Shown: piece after piece, positions 46,745 to 57,200 of the stretch | Numbering within the stretch: position 1 is the first letter of the stretch | Layout of the letters: each line of letters begins with the position of its first letter | Source of the DNA: an uncultured Rhodopseudomonas sp. | GTDB lineage: Bacteria > Pseudomonadota > Alphaproteobacteria > Rhizobiales > Xanthobacteraceae | Assembly: GCA_964249215.1 (NCBI GenBank) | Contig: CAXUBE010000001.1 | Coordinates: 5,292 to 69,291, forward strand | Length of the DNA stretch: 64,000 bases | Direction: 5' to 3' | Notes under the pieces: model-generated | Told to the model about the DNA's origin: nothing | The model's input: the letters and a program-made list of their open reading frames with translations, nothing else | Database searches by the model: none | Position numbers and translations under genes: made by a program

Positions 46745-48271
46745 ATGCCCGAGACGATCACCATCATGTACTGGAACGTCCAGGATCTCGGCACCTTCAG
46801 CCCCTGGCGCCGCGGCACCAACTATCAGCCGATCTGCAACTTCATCGCAGGCATGGCCGAGCAGAATAACGTTGACGTGTTCTGCCTGATGGAATCACGC
46901 CGCGATTTCGTGCCGCATATTCCGACACTGTTGGCGGCATTGGATGATAGTTTCGGGAATGCACACAAGAATGCGGACTGGTACTACGATTGGATTCCAG
47001 GCTCTATCAAAGGAGATCTCAATACGCGTTTTGCCGAAGACGACACCCCGGAAGAAAAGCTCAAGCGGCGTAAGGTCTCTGTCTTCCAGGATCGTGAGGC
47101 CGCACGCCGCACCCCGACGCAATTTGATGAACTTGCCTACACCACCACCGGCCACTACGAAGGCTACGTCATTTTATGGAACAGAAGTTCTGCCGCGTTC
47201 GACATGCTCATACGTAATGCGGGACCATCGGGCGGAGTCGTGACCGGTCTCAACGGTGACCATGCGGCCGCATATCACGCGATCAACCTGGTGTTCGAAG
47301 GCCGCGCGGTCACGGGATGGGTTCCTCGTGCTCTTGTACATAGCCAGCACTATCAGCTCAGCGCATCCGGCTATGATCCCGCCAATCCGGGAAATACCGA
47401 TTGGGCGCATCTGGATTTCTCGCAACGCTTGTTGGCCAGCGGACGCTGGTACGAGGTCCGGCGCCCGGCTTACTGCACGTTGGAGATTGCCAACCAGGTT
47501 GGTGATGCTGCCAAATATCTGCCTATCGTCGTGTTCCATGCGCCGAGCGCCGAAGGCAGCGGCGCCTTCGGCGGGACCGACCGATGCGGGTTGAGCCGCC
47601 CGATGTATCAGGCGCAACGACTGGACGGGCAGTGGGTCAACGCCAACCGTGTCGTCGTTGGCGGCGATTACAATGTCAGCACCCAGCATGAGTATAATTA
47701 TGTCTACACGACTTTTACGGCGGACCGTGGCGCGGACGATGACACCGGCGCGGGATGCGCACAATTCGTACCTTCGCGCAGCGGCACCGGGCAGGAGGAT
47801 TTATCGAAATCGATCGTGCGTGTCACGCAGCCCAGTCCGCTGGGTGGTGGCTATCGCAATCTGATCCAGATTGAACCGGCGCTAGGTCATATCGATAGCA
47901 ACGATCTCTATCGGTCGTTCGCGGTCGACAACATCTTCACGCGCGGGTTCTCCGCCGCCGTCGCGCCGCTGGCCAATTATGAAGTCTACAATCTGCAGGT
48001 TCAGCTTCAGACCAGCCAAAGCGCCGTCGTAACGCTGTCCAAGGCAGCGTTCTACAATTTCATCCAGCAGGAAACCCGAACTCTTGCCCGCGACGGCACC
48101 GGCAATCCGCTGTCGTTTGGTACTGTGCTGTTTTATACCAACATCCTCGACTATCCGCAGATGATGGCGCAGCTCAACGGCCGCCAGTTCACCTCGCCGC
48201 GGCGCACTGCCGAATTCACCAACACGTTCCTGAGCGACCACATGCCGCTCATCGTTTCCGTCACGACCTGA
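46745..48271 (+). CDS. Giant-operon gene 4: endonuclease/exonuclease/phosphatase (EEP, DNase I-like) fold enzyme with large insertions
   Basis: EEP motif series in the correct order: IMYWNVQDLG (Asn11), DVFCLMESRRD (Glu50), VVFHAPS (His265), VVGGDYNVS (Asp308/Asn310), AVDNIFTRG (Asp395), FLSDHMPLIVSV (Asp498-His499). 508 aa against roughly 250-300 aa for minimal EEP enzymes. No signal peptide. Confidence 0.8.
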   Translation: MPETITIMYWNVQDLGTFSPWRRGTNYQPICNFIAGMAEQNNVDVFCLMESRRDFVPHIPTLLAALDDSFGNAHKNADWYYDWIPGSIKGDLNTRFAEDDTPEEKLKRRKVSVFQDREAARRTPTQFDELAYTTTGHYEGYVILWNRSSAAFDMLIRNAGPSGGVVTGLNGDHAAAYHAINLVFEGRAVTGWVPRALVHSQHYQLSASGYDPANPGNTDWAHLDFSQRLLASGRWYEVRRPAYCTLEIANQVGDAAKYLPIVVFHAPSAEGSGAFGGTDRCGLSRPMYQAQRLDGQWVNANRVVVGGDYNVSTQHEYNYVYTTFTADRGADDDTGAGCAQFVPSRSGTGQEDLSKSIVRVTQPSPLGGGYRNLIQIEPALGHIDSNDLYRSFAVDNIFTRGFSAAVAPLANYEVYNLQVQLQTSQSAVVTLSKAAFYNFIQQETRTLARDGTGNPLSFGTVLFYTNILDYPQMMAQLNGRQFTSPRRTAEFTNTFLSDHMPLIVSVTT

Positions 48272-48279
48272 GCGCACGC

Positions 48280-51200
48280 ATGGATTGGCAGGATCTTCAG
48301 CCATCCGTCGATGGCCTTATCTCCGGGGGCGTGCTGACCCTTGACCAGACTCACAACCTGAATTCACCCTCGATCCTTGCTCTGCTGACGTCGACCCGCC
48401 TGCTCGCGGTTGTCGCCGACGTGTCCTCCAAGGGTTATCAGGGCACGCACTACGTGGTGCAGGGGGCGATCGAGCGCGCAAATTTCCCTTACACCATCGG
48501 CAGCGCGGGCAATCCGCTGCCGGTGACGCTGGATTTCTACGTCCAGGATATGCTCGCGCAGATTACGGCGACGGTGACGCTGCCGTCGAATTACACGCTC
48601 GCGATGAGCTTCCCTTACATCCTTGACCAAGCGGTCAACCTGTTTCCGATCGGCGCGGCGAGCATGACATTCGCCTCGGTGGGAAACGATCCGCCGGATG
48701 CGCCGTCGAGCATTCTCCTGCCGCCGCCCTATAAGGGCATGTCGATCGCCGGCACGATGTCGGGGTTGGCTGCCAATCCGCTCACCAGCAGCCTGTTGTG
48801 GTTCATTCCCGACCGCGACGTCTTTCCGGTCAGCGGTCCGGTGATCATGAGGGAAGGCGTGAATTACCTCGGCGAGACCGAGTACCGGCCGACAATGTAT
48901 CTGATCGGTGCGCTGCTGGAGCCGCTGTCGCTCGGACCGTTCCGTTTCGGCGTCTCGCTGATGGCGCAGTCGACCTACGCCAGGATCACCGGCTCCGATC
49001 AGTCCTCGTTCTACAGCGGCGCCTACTACATCGGTCAGTTGCAGGCCGCGATCACCCGGCAGCAGGGGATCGACGTGCTGGTCCAGATGCAACTGCTGGA
49101 CGGCTACCAGAGCCTGTACAGTTTCGAGCTGTCCAAACCGATCCCCCTCACCAGTCTCAATCAACTCCAGGACATCGCCGCGCTCTCTCCCGGCGAGAGC
49201 TATTCGGCGATGATCCCAAGTGAAGTACCGACCGGCCTGAGGTTCGAACTGAACGAACTGACCTTCATCGTCGCGCCGACGCTCAGGACGCTGGCCTCGA
49301 TGACCCTTGGCGTCAAGCTGACGGTGCAGTGGGAGGTCATTCCCGGAGTCTTCACGCTTGAGAATATGTCGCTGCGCTTCGTGGTGCCGAACCCGGCCGC
49401 GGAGCTATCTGGAGTCGTTGCGACTGCAGCCGCCGAGTTGCACATCTTCGACGGTATCTTCGATGTCTCGATGACGTTTCCGAGCCTGCGCATTCTCGGC
49501 CAGATCAGGCAAGGCACGCAGATCACCTACGCCGCGGTCTCGACGGCGCTGTTCGGGAAGGTGCTGGAGCTACCGGGCATCGCCGATCCGACGCTGTACG
49601 AACTTTCGGTCGATATCGAGCCGCGTCAGCAAACCTATCGGATATCGGCCGTCGTTCTCGACCTGCTGTCGGTCGATCTCGGCTTCGTCACAATCAACCT
49701 CGACGAGGTCGATATTGCCTTTACCTACAGCTCGCTGTCACAGGCAGGCCGCTTCGGGGCGCGGTTTGAACTTGTGACCGCCGGCAACGACGTTGAGGCG
49801 AGCGACGATCCCCTGACCTTTGGCTTTAGCGTGAGCGCCGCAGGCATGCGGACCGGTGGCGTGACGACGTGGACAGTCGAAGGCGGCATCGGCGCCGACC
49901 ATGTGATTCCGCTCGGAACTTTGGTGGCTCGATTGCTGGGCTTCTCGGTTTCGCAGGATATCAGCATCCTCGACATCGAGGATGTCTTGGTGTCGATGAC
50001 GATCCCGAGCACCGGGCCGACCAGCTTCTATTTTGAGGGCGCGGCGCGATCGCGTTGGACCATCGGCATCTTCGGCGGCTGGTCGATCGAGATCGCCGCG
50101 GCCGCACGGCTGGAGCGCATTCCCGCCGAAAGCATTTCGCTCCTGACGCTGCCGGCGATGCGCCCGCTCGACACGGCCGGCATGCAGACCAGCGGCGAAA
50201 TCTCCGGCCGCCTCGCGATCAACAATTTCAATCTGGCCGTGGTCTATCAGTTCGCGCCCAACAGCCGGGTTCTGATCTTCCAGGCGAGCTACAAGCAGGC
50301 CACCCTGACTGCCGCGCTGTCCAAGGGGAAGGATGCGAAAGGGCAGGACACTTATCTGCTCAAGTTCAATCTCGCCGGCGTGACGCTTGGAGACATCATC
50401 ACCTGGATGGTCAACCTGGCCCGACCGGGCAGCGACTTTTCACTGAGCGCGCCGTGGGACGTGCTCAACGGCATCGATCTGTCACGCTTCACGCTGGTCG
50501 TCGATCTGATTCAGAAGACCGTGACGATCAGCTACGAGGTCAATGCCGATTTCCTCTTCATCAAGCTCAAGTCGATCGGCCTCACTTATTACCGCAACCA
50601 GGGCAAGGGGTCGGTCAAGATCGCCGTCGAAGGTTCCTTCATCGATGTGAGCTATGGCGACGGCAACCCGCCGCTCGAATGGGACTTGCTTGACGATCCA
50701 CCGCCGGCGGTGCCGGGCGAGACCGGGTTGTTCAAGCTGCGCTATCTCGGGCTCGGCCAGCACATTTCGCTCGATTCCTACGCGCAGATCGACACTGTCG
50801 AGCAGGCGATCGAGGGGCTGCGCGCGGCCATGCGGCCGCCCGAGGCGGCCGATGAGAACCCGTTGCTGCAATCGGGCACCGTCGCGCTCAATTTCGACGC
50901 CAACAGCCACTGGCTGTTCGGCGCCGATTTCACCGCACTCGGCGCGCTGCAACTCTCCATGGTGTTCAACGATCCGTACATTTACGGCGCGCTGATCCGT
51001 CTGATGGGCGAGAAGGCCGGGGCGCTGGCGGGGCTGCGTTTCGAGTTGCTCTACAAGAAGGTGACTGACGACATCGGCGTCTTCAAGGCCGACTTCATCA
51101 TGCCCGATGCGTTTCGCCAGCTCGAATTCGGCGAGGTTTCGATCACGCTCGGCCGCGTTCACGTGGACATCTACACCAACGGCAATTTCTTCGTCGACCT

Positions 51201-54200
51201 CGGTTTTCCGCACAATCGCGACTTTTCCAATTCGTTCGGCTTGCAAGTCTTTCCGTTCGCCGGATGGGGCGGGTTCTATCTCGGTGCGCTCACCGGCGCG
51301 ACCTCGATCAAGGTGCCGCGGATCGACAACGGCCGGTTCGATCCGGTCATCGAGATCGGTCTCGGCCTGTCGGTTGGCGTCGGCAAAACCATCGAGAAGG
51401 GACCGCTTTCCGCGGGAATGACGCTGACCTTCGAAGCCATCGTCGAAGGCGTATTCGCTGACTTCGCGCCGACCGACCGATCCGCGGCGAGCGGTTTCTT
51501 CTATCGCGTCGAGGGCACCGCCGCATTGGTCGGCAGGGTGTTCGGCAAGGTCGACTTCTTCGTCATACGCGTCGACTTCAGCGCGGAAGCGAGCGCCCGC
51601 GTCACGCTGGTCATCGAGGCGCATCAACCGATCTATGTCCAGATCGAGCTTCACATCGACGTTCGCGCCAGCATCAAGATCTTGTTCGTGCGCATCCACT
51701 TCAGTTTCTCGCTGACGCTCGACCTGGCCTTCACCATCGGGCACGCGACGTCGACGCCATGGCAGATTGCCGATGACCAGACCGCCCGGCTTGATCTGTT
51801 GGCAGCACGCAGCGGTCCGCACTGGCCGTTCCCGGCGATGCGGCCACACTACAAGCGGCTCGTGCGCTCCACGCGGCTGCTTCGTCATGTCGCCTCCGGT
51901 AACGGCCCGTCCGCCTATGGTCTCCTGGGCCGCAAGGAGATTCGTCACAGTTCGCTACCGCCGCTTTATCTGCAGAAGGCCGCTGCCGGCACGTTGACGT
52001 GGACGCCAGCCAATGTGTTTCCGGCAGGCAAGATCGAAACGCTGCGGCTGTTATGCACTCCCGGTTTCACCGTGGCCGATCCGGGGATTGGCAGCAGCGG
52101 CACGCCGGGAGCCTATCGCCTGGTCCTGACCATGGGCGCGGAAACCAGCCGTCACATCCAGTTGCGCGGCAATGCCGGGCTCGGCGTCCCAAGTGTTGCT
52201 CACAGCCTGCAGGCCACCGCGGTCGCCGATGCGCCGTTCAACCTGTTCATCGAGGCGTTCCTGCGCTGGGGGCTCAACATTGTGAAGACCGGCGATCAGG
52301 TCAGCGCCGTCGCGCTCGATGAACTTGCAGCCAACCTGCGCCTGCCCGCAACCGCAGGCACCGGGTTCTCCTACGCGAACCTGATCGCCTTCCTCAAGGA
52401 CAACTTCCTCATCTCGATCGCCGGAAAGCCCACCGGTGCAACCCCCGACGAGGTGCCGGTGGCGGCATTCCCGATGCTGCCGCTGTTGTCCTTCACCGCC
52501 GACAAAGGCGCGCCGGTCGCGTTCGACCAGCCGCAATATATGCTCACCGCCGATTACAGGGCTGCACTTGACACGATCTTTTACCAGCTTTCGGCGACCG
52601 GCAAGCCCCGTCGCGATTTGCAGGACGATGCCGTGGCGGAGAGCTTCGCCCAATTCATCTTCCGGGAATGCTGCTTGATGGTGACGCAGGCGGCTGTCGA
52701 TGCCTGCATCGGGCTCTTGGAATCCTTTGCCTATAAACTGGAAGCAACCACCACGCTGAAGGGCATCGTCGATGCCTTCGCACCACTCCATATTGCCATC
52801 AGCGCCCGCGGCGGCCAGAAGCTCGCCCATATCGCTGCGTTATTCGGGACCGATATCGAACGATTGCAGGCGCTCAATCCGCCGCTCGTCGCCAAGGCGC
52901 GGCTTGCCGCCGATGATACCGTTGTGGTGCCCGTCGAATTGACCGTCGGTGCGATCATCGACGACAATCGCGATCACCCGCTCGCCGCAAGGAGTTTTCA
53001 GGTCGATGCCGCGCCGCATCAGATCCGGGGTGACCGTAGTCTCAATCAGATTGCCACCGACTACGGGCTCGAAACGGCAGTGAATCTCGTCACGGGACAG
53101 ACTGCGACGCAACGCGAGCTGCTGCGGCCCGACGCCAGCATCATCTGCTCCGTTCTGCAATACACCTCGCGCGTCGGCGACACGGTGGCGTCGATTGCCG
53201 CGCTCTATCTGGCGCGGCGGGCCCAACTCGGCGATGCGACCGCGCGCGCGGCGTTGGTGCCCGACATCGCGCAATGGTTCGCGCAGGCTGTGGCCGACCT
53301 CAATCCCAACCAGGACTTCGGCAGCGTCGTGCCGGCGAATACGGCGCTGAATGTACCGAAGACTTATGGCAGCGTCGCGACCACGACGTCATACACGAGC
53401 TATGCCGGAGACACGCTCGACACGATTGCCGATGCGCTCTCGCTGCTCAATCTGGCTTCACCGCCTGCCGTCCTCACCGCGTACCAGGTGGCGATCGTGC
53501 AGGCCAATCCGAGCCTGCCAAATCCGATTCCGGTCGCGACGGCAGTGAAGATTCCGGCTTTTACGCTCACGCTTCCCGCGCGCGTCGCCCTCGACGATCT
53601 CGCCGCAGGTTTGCTGCAGACGCTGGCGAAGACGATCGGGCTCATCGCCGACAATGCCGCCGCTTTGACGCCACACACCGTCATCGTGCTTCCGCCCTTT
53701 ACCATCACGACGACGGCAACGGACACGTTCGCTGGCTTGGCGCAGAAGTACGATCTCGGTTACGACGCGCTTGGCAACGCGGCCGAGTCGGTTGCTGGAA
53801 TCTTCGCGACCGCGCCGACGGCAACGGTCACGCTCAAGGATCTGCCGCGCGTCGGCGTCGAACAGCTCATCTCCCAGCTCATCACCGGACAGGGACTGGC
53901 CAACCAGATCAGCGGGCAGATCTCGCGCTTCCTGCTTCATGGGGTGCGGGTGCCTTCGCCTACCGACGCTCATCCGCTTACCGCGCCGCTGGTTTCGATC
54001 CTTGATCTGAGCGGACAGCAATTTCCAGGCCCCGATCCGGAGCAGTATGGCAACGGCGAGACCTATCCGATCGTGGTCTCGCTCACCGATTCCGCCGACC
54101 AGAGCTGGATCAGCTTCACCGCCACCGAGACCTTGCAGCAGGGCGAGACCCTGCCGGCGTTGCGCGCGCGCATTGCCGATTTCGATCGCCACAATCCGGC

Positions 54201-57200
54201 CGCTGCAACTCATCCAGAGCGGATACGCAGCGGCCTCATCGTAGGCGTTGCCGATGTCACCACGCTGACCATCCCGATCACGCAAGCGGACATGATCGCG
54301 GGCTATCCGACGCGCACGTTCACACCGGGCGTCGTAACCCCGCTTGCACCGCTGCCGCTGTATCGTCTGGTGCCGGTTCGCTACGGCGTGCAGCAATATC
54401 TCGGATGGCAGGCCGGCGCGCCGATCGTACTTCCTCGGTCCGGTACGCCGATCGATGCGCTAACCGGCGGCCCGGGAATCTGGATGTTCCCGGACACGCT
54501 GCTCGGTGCCGTGAGCGGTCAGGTTGGTGCAAGCGCCGCCTACAAGCTGTTGCAAGTCCCCGCCACCGATCTCAGCAGTTCGACGACGCCTGTCGAGGCG
54601 GCGTCCTACGGATGGGCCACACTCATTCCGTTCGGGGCCAGGCAGATCGCCCGCGATGCCGATCCTGACAAGGTGCTGCCGAACACCTATGGCGTCGGCG
54701 GCGCCGCCGCCGAGGATCGTCCGCGGCTGCTGGCGCTGTATCAGCACCTTGCCACCATGACGGCGGCCGATCTCAAGAAGGTGCGGCTCTCTCTGCTGCA
54801 TCGGCCGCGGTCCGACACCACGCGGCCAGAGGGCCTAGCGTCGATTCCGCTCGATCTTGCATCGACCTATGTCCTGAAGGCCAACCTCACCACGGAAACG
54901 CGCAGCGGCGCACAACGGCTGCGCTCTCTCGGTCTCGACGACGAGAGCTTGCGCGACATCCACGCCGCGCCGATCTCCGATCCGGCTGCCTTCACCGGCC
55001 TGCTGTGGGCCGCCAGTATCACCAACAGCGGCGGATTCTATCTGAATTATCGCGGCAGCAAAGGCGAAGGCCTGCCGCCCGGCATTTTCGGCAAGGATGG
55101 CGGCGGCGGCGAAATCTGGCTGATGGTCTTGCTCCCCGACCAGACCACCGGCGCACCGTCGCAACGCGGTTTGTACGGGTTCAACAACGCCGCGGTCACC
55201 GGCGGCAATCTTCTGCCGGCCGACTGGCAGTTGTTCATGGAAATGGGAACCAACGCGCCAACCGCGAAAGTGGCGAGCGTCGATCCCGGCGTGATTGCGT
55301 TCTCGACGGCGTTGAACAACCCCGACCTCGCGCAACCCTCCGCGGCTCGGACCGCCAGCGAGCTGTTCAGCCTGATCGCCTATGGCGTGGCGGAAACAGC
55401 CGCTTTCAAGGCGAGCTATCAGGCATTGCCGGTCGGGCCGGAGGAGTCGGCGCAGAAACAGTTGAACGTCGAAATGGTGGAGCGCAAACGGATCGACGCG
55501 CCAGCCGACGCGCCTTATTGGCTCTTCCATCAGGGCCTGCGCATCGCGGGGCAAGCCAGGATATTGCTGGCACCGAACACCAGTGGCCTGCCGCCGCCCG
55601 CACAGGATCCCTATGCCGGCATCGGCGCCGACGCAGTCGCCAACCTGAACTTCCAGTATCGCGATATTTTCGGCAACCAGACGCTGCCTGCCGACGCCTG
55701 TCAGAATATCGCTTTCCCGGTGGGCTACACCGATCCGGTGGTCGGCGTCGGTCAGTGGCCGGGGGCGGTGCCGTCTTACGTTGTCGCACCCGGACAACCG
55801 TCCAATCTCATTGTGTCGATCGGCTATCAGATGCTGGGCGCGCTGCCGGGCATGACCGACCCGCTGGATGGCGTGCAGCTCCGCACGACGAAGACCATCG
55901 AGCGGCTGTCGCTGGTTTACTACCAGATGATGCGGCCGGACCTTGCGGTGCAGCTCACCACCACGCTGCCGGTCGCGCCCGACATGGGCGAGACCTACAC
56001 CACCATCGCTAAAGCCGCGTTCGCCGATGTTGTCGCCGCAGCCTATCTGTTCCTGAACGGAACGCTGCAATTGCGTCAGGCCGTCGCGGATCTCAGCGTC
56101 GCGCCGACATTGGCGCAAGTGCAAGGCACGTACCGCGTCACGGCGGGCCAGATCGCTGCGATCAACGCCGCCGTCCCGATCGATGCGATCTTCGCAGCCG
56201 CCCCGACCGTGCCGCAGTTCTATACATTCGCGCCCGGTGACAGCGCGGCGTCGATCGTCGCGGCCCATGCATCGGTACCCGACGCAAAGACATTCCTGGA
56301 GCAAAATGACGGTCTTGGCCTTACGCCGGGTAAAATCCTGTCAGCGCCGGCCCGTACCATCACCAGCGGCGTTGCCGGGCCTTCGCTTGCCAAGCTCGCA
56401 GCCGTAAATCTGTGTTCGGTGGGCGGGTTGGGTAGCGCCAACGCTACGGCGTCCGGTTGTCTCGCCCCCAAGCTCACGCTGACTTTCGAGACGATCAGTC
56501 TGACCGCCAACGATGACGAGTCGCTGGCCCAACTCGCCAGCCGCTTCAGCGACGCATTGCTCGGGCTCAGCGTGGGGACCGCGCCGTCCGCGTGGAAGGT
56601 GACGCCCGCCGACCTTGCCAGCGCAAATGCCGGCGTCGCTCCGTTCTTTGCCGACAATCAAATCATCACGATACCGGATGCGCTGGTCGTGAAGAACGAC
56701 ACGCTGGCCAGCATCGCGGCTCGCCACAGCGAGTACAGCGTGGACAGCCTTTCGTCGAGAAATACCGGTGTGGCGGACGTCTTCCCGTCAGGTCTCGCCA
56801 CGCTTTTGACCGCCACCCAGATCGCGCCGGTGCAGGTGACGCTCGGTGATTTCGCCGCCGGCCATGGTCTTACCGGCGATCAACTGGTTGCCGCGAACGG
56901 CACGACGTTACTCAAGACCACTGCGCCGTTGGGCATACCGGGCATGACGAACCTGCCGGCCGTCGGCGGGGCTGTCGTTGCTTACTATCTCGCCGCCGGT
57001 CAGACCCTCGCCGCGGCGGGCAGCGTTTTCGCGCAGACCGCGGAAGCTTTCGCCACCACCAATCAGGCGCTTCCCAATCGTTTCTCTGGATCGCCCGTGT
57101 TCATCAGCGGCGCGCATCGCGTGCAGGCGAACGATGCGGATTCGTTTGCAACGTTGTTGATCAAGGCGGAGGCGGCCGGCGTTGCCAGTACGATCGCCGA

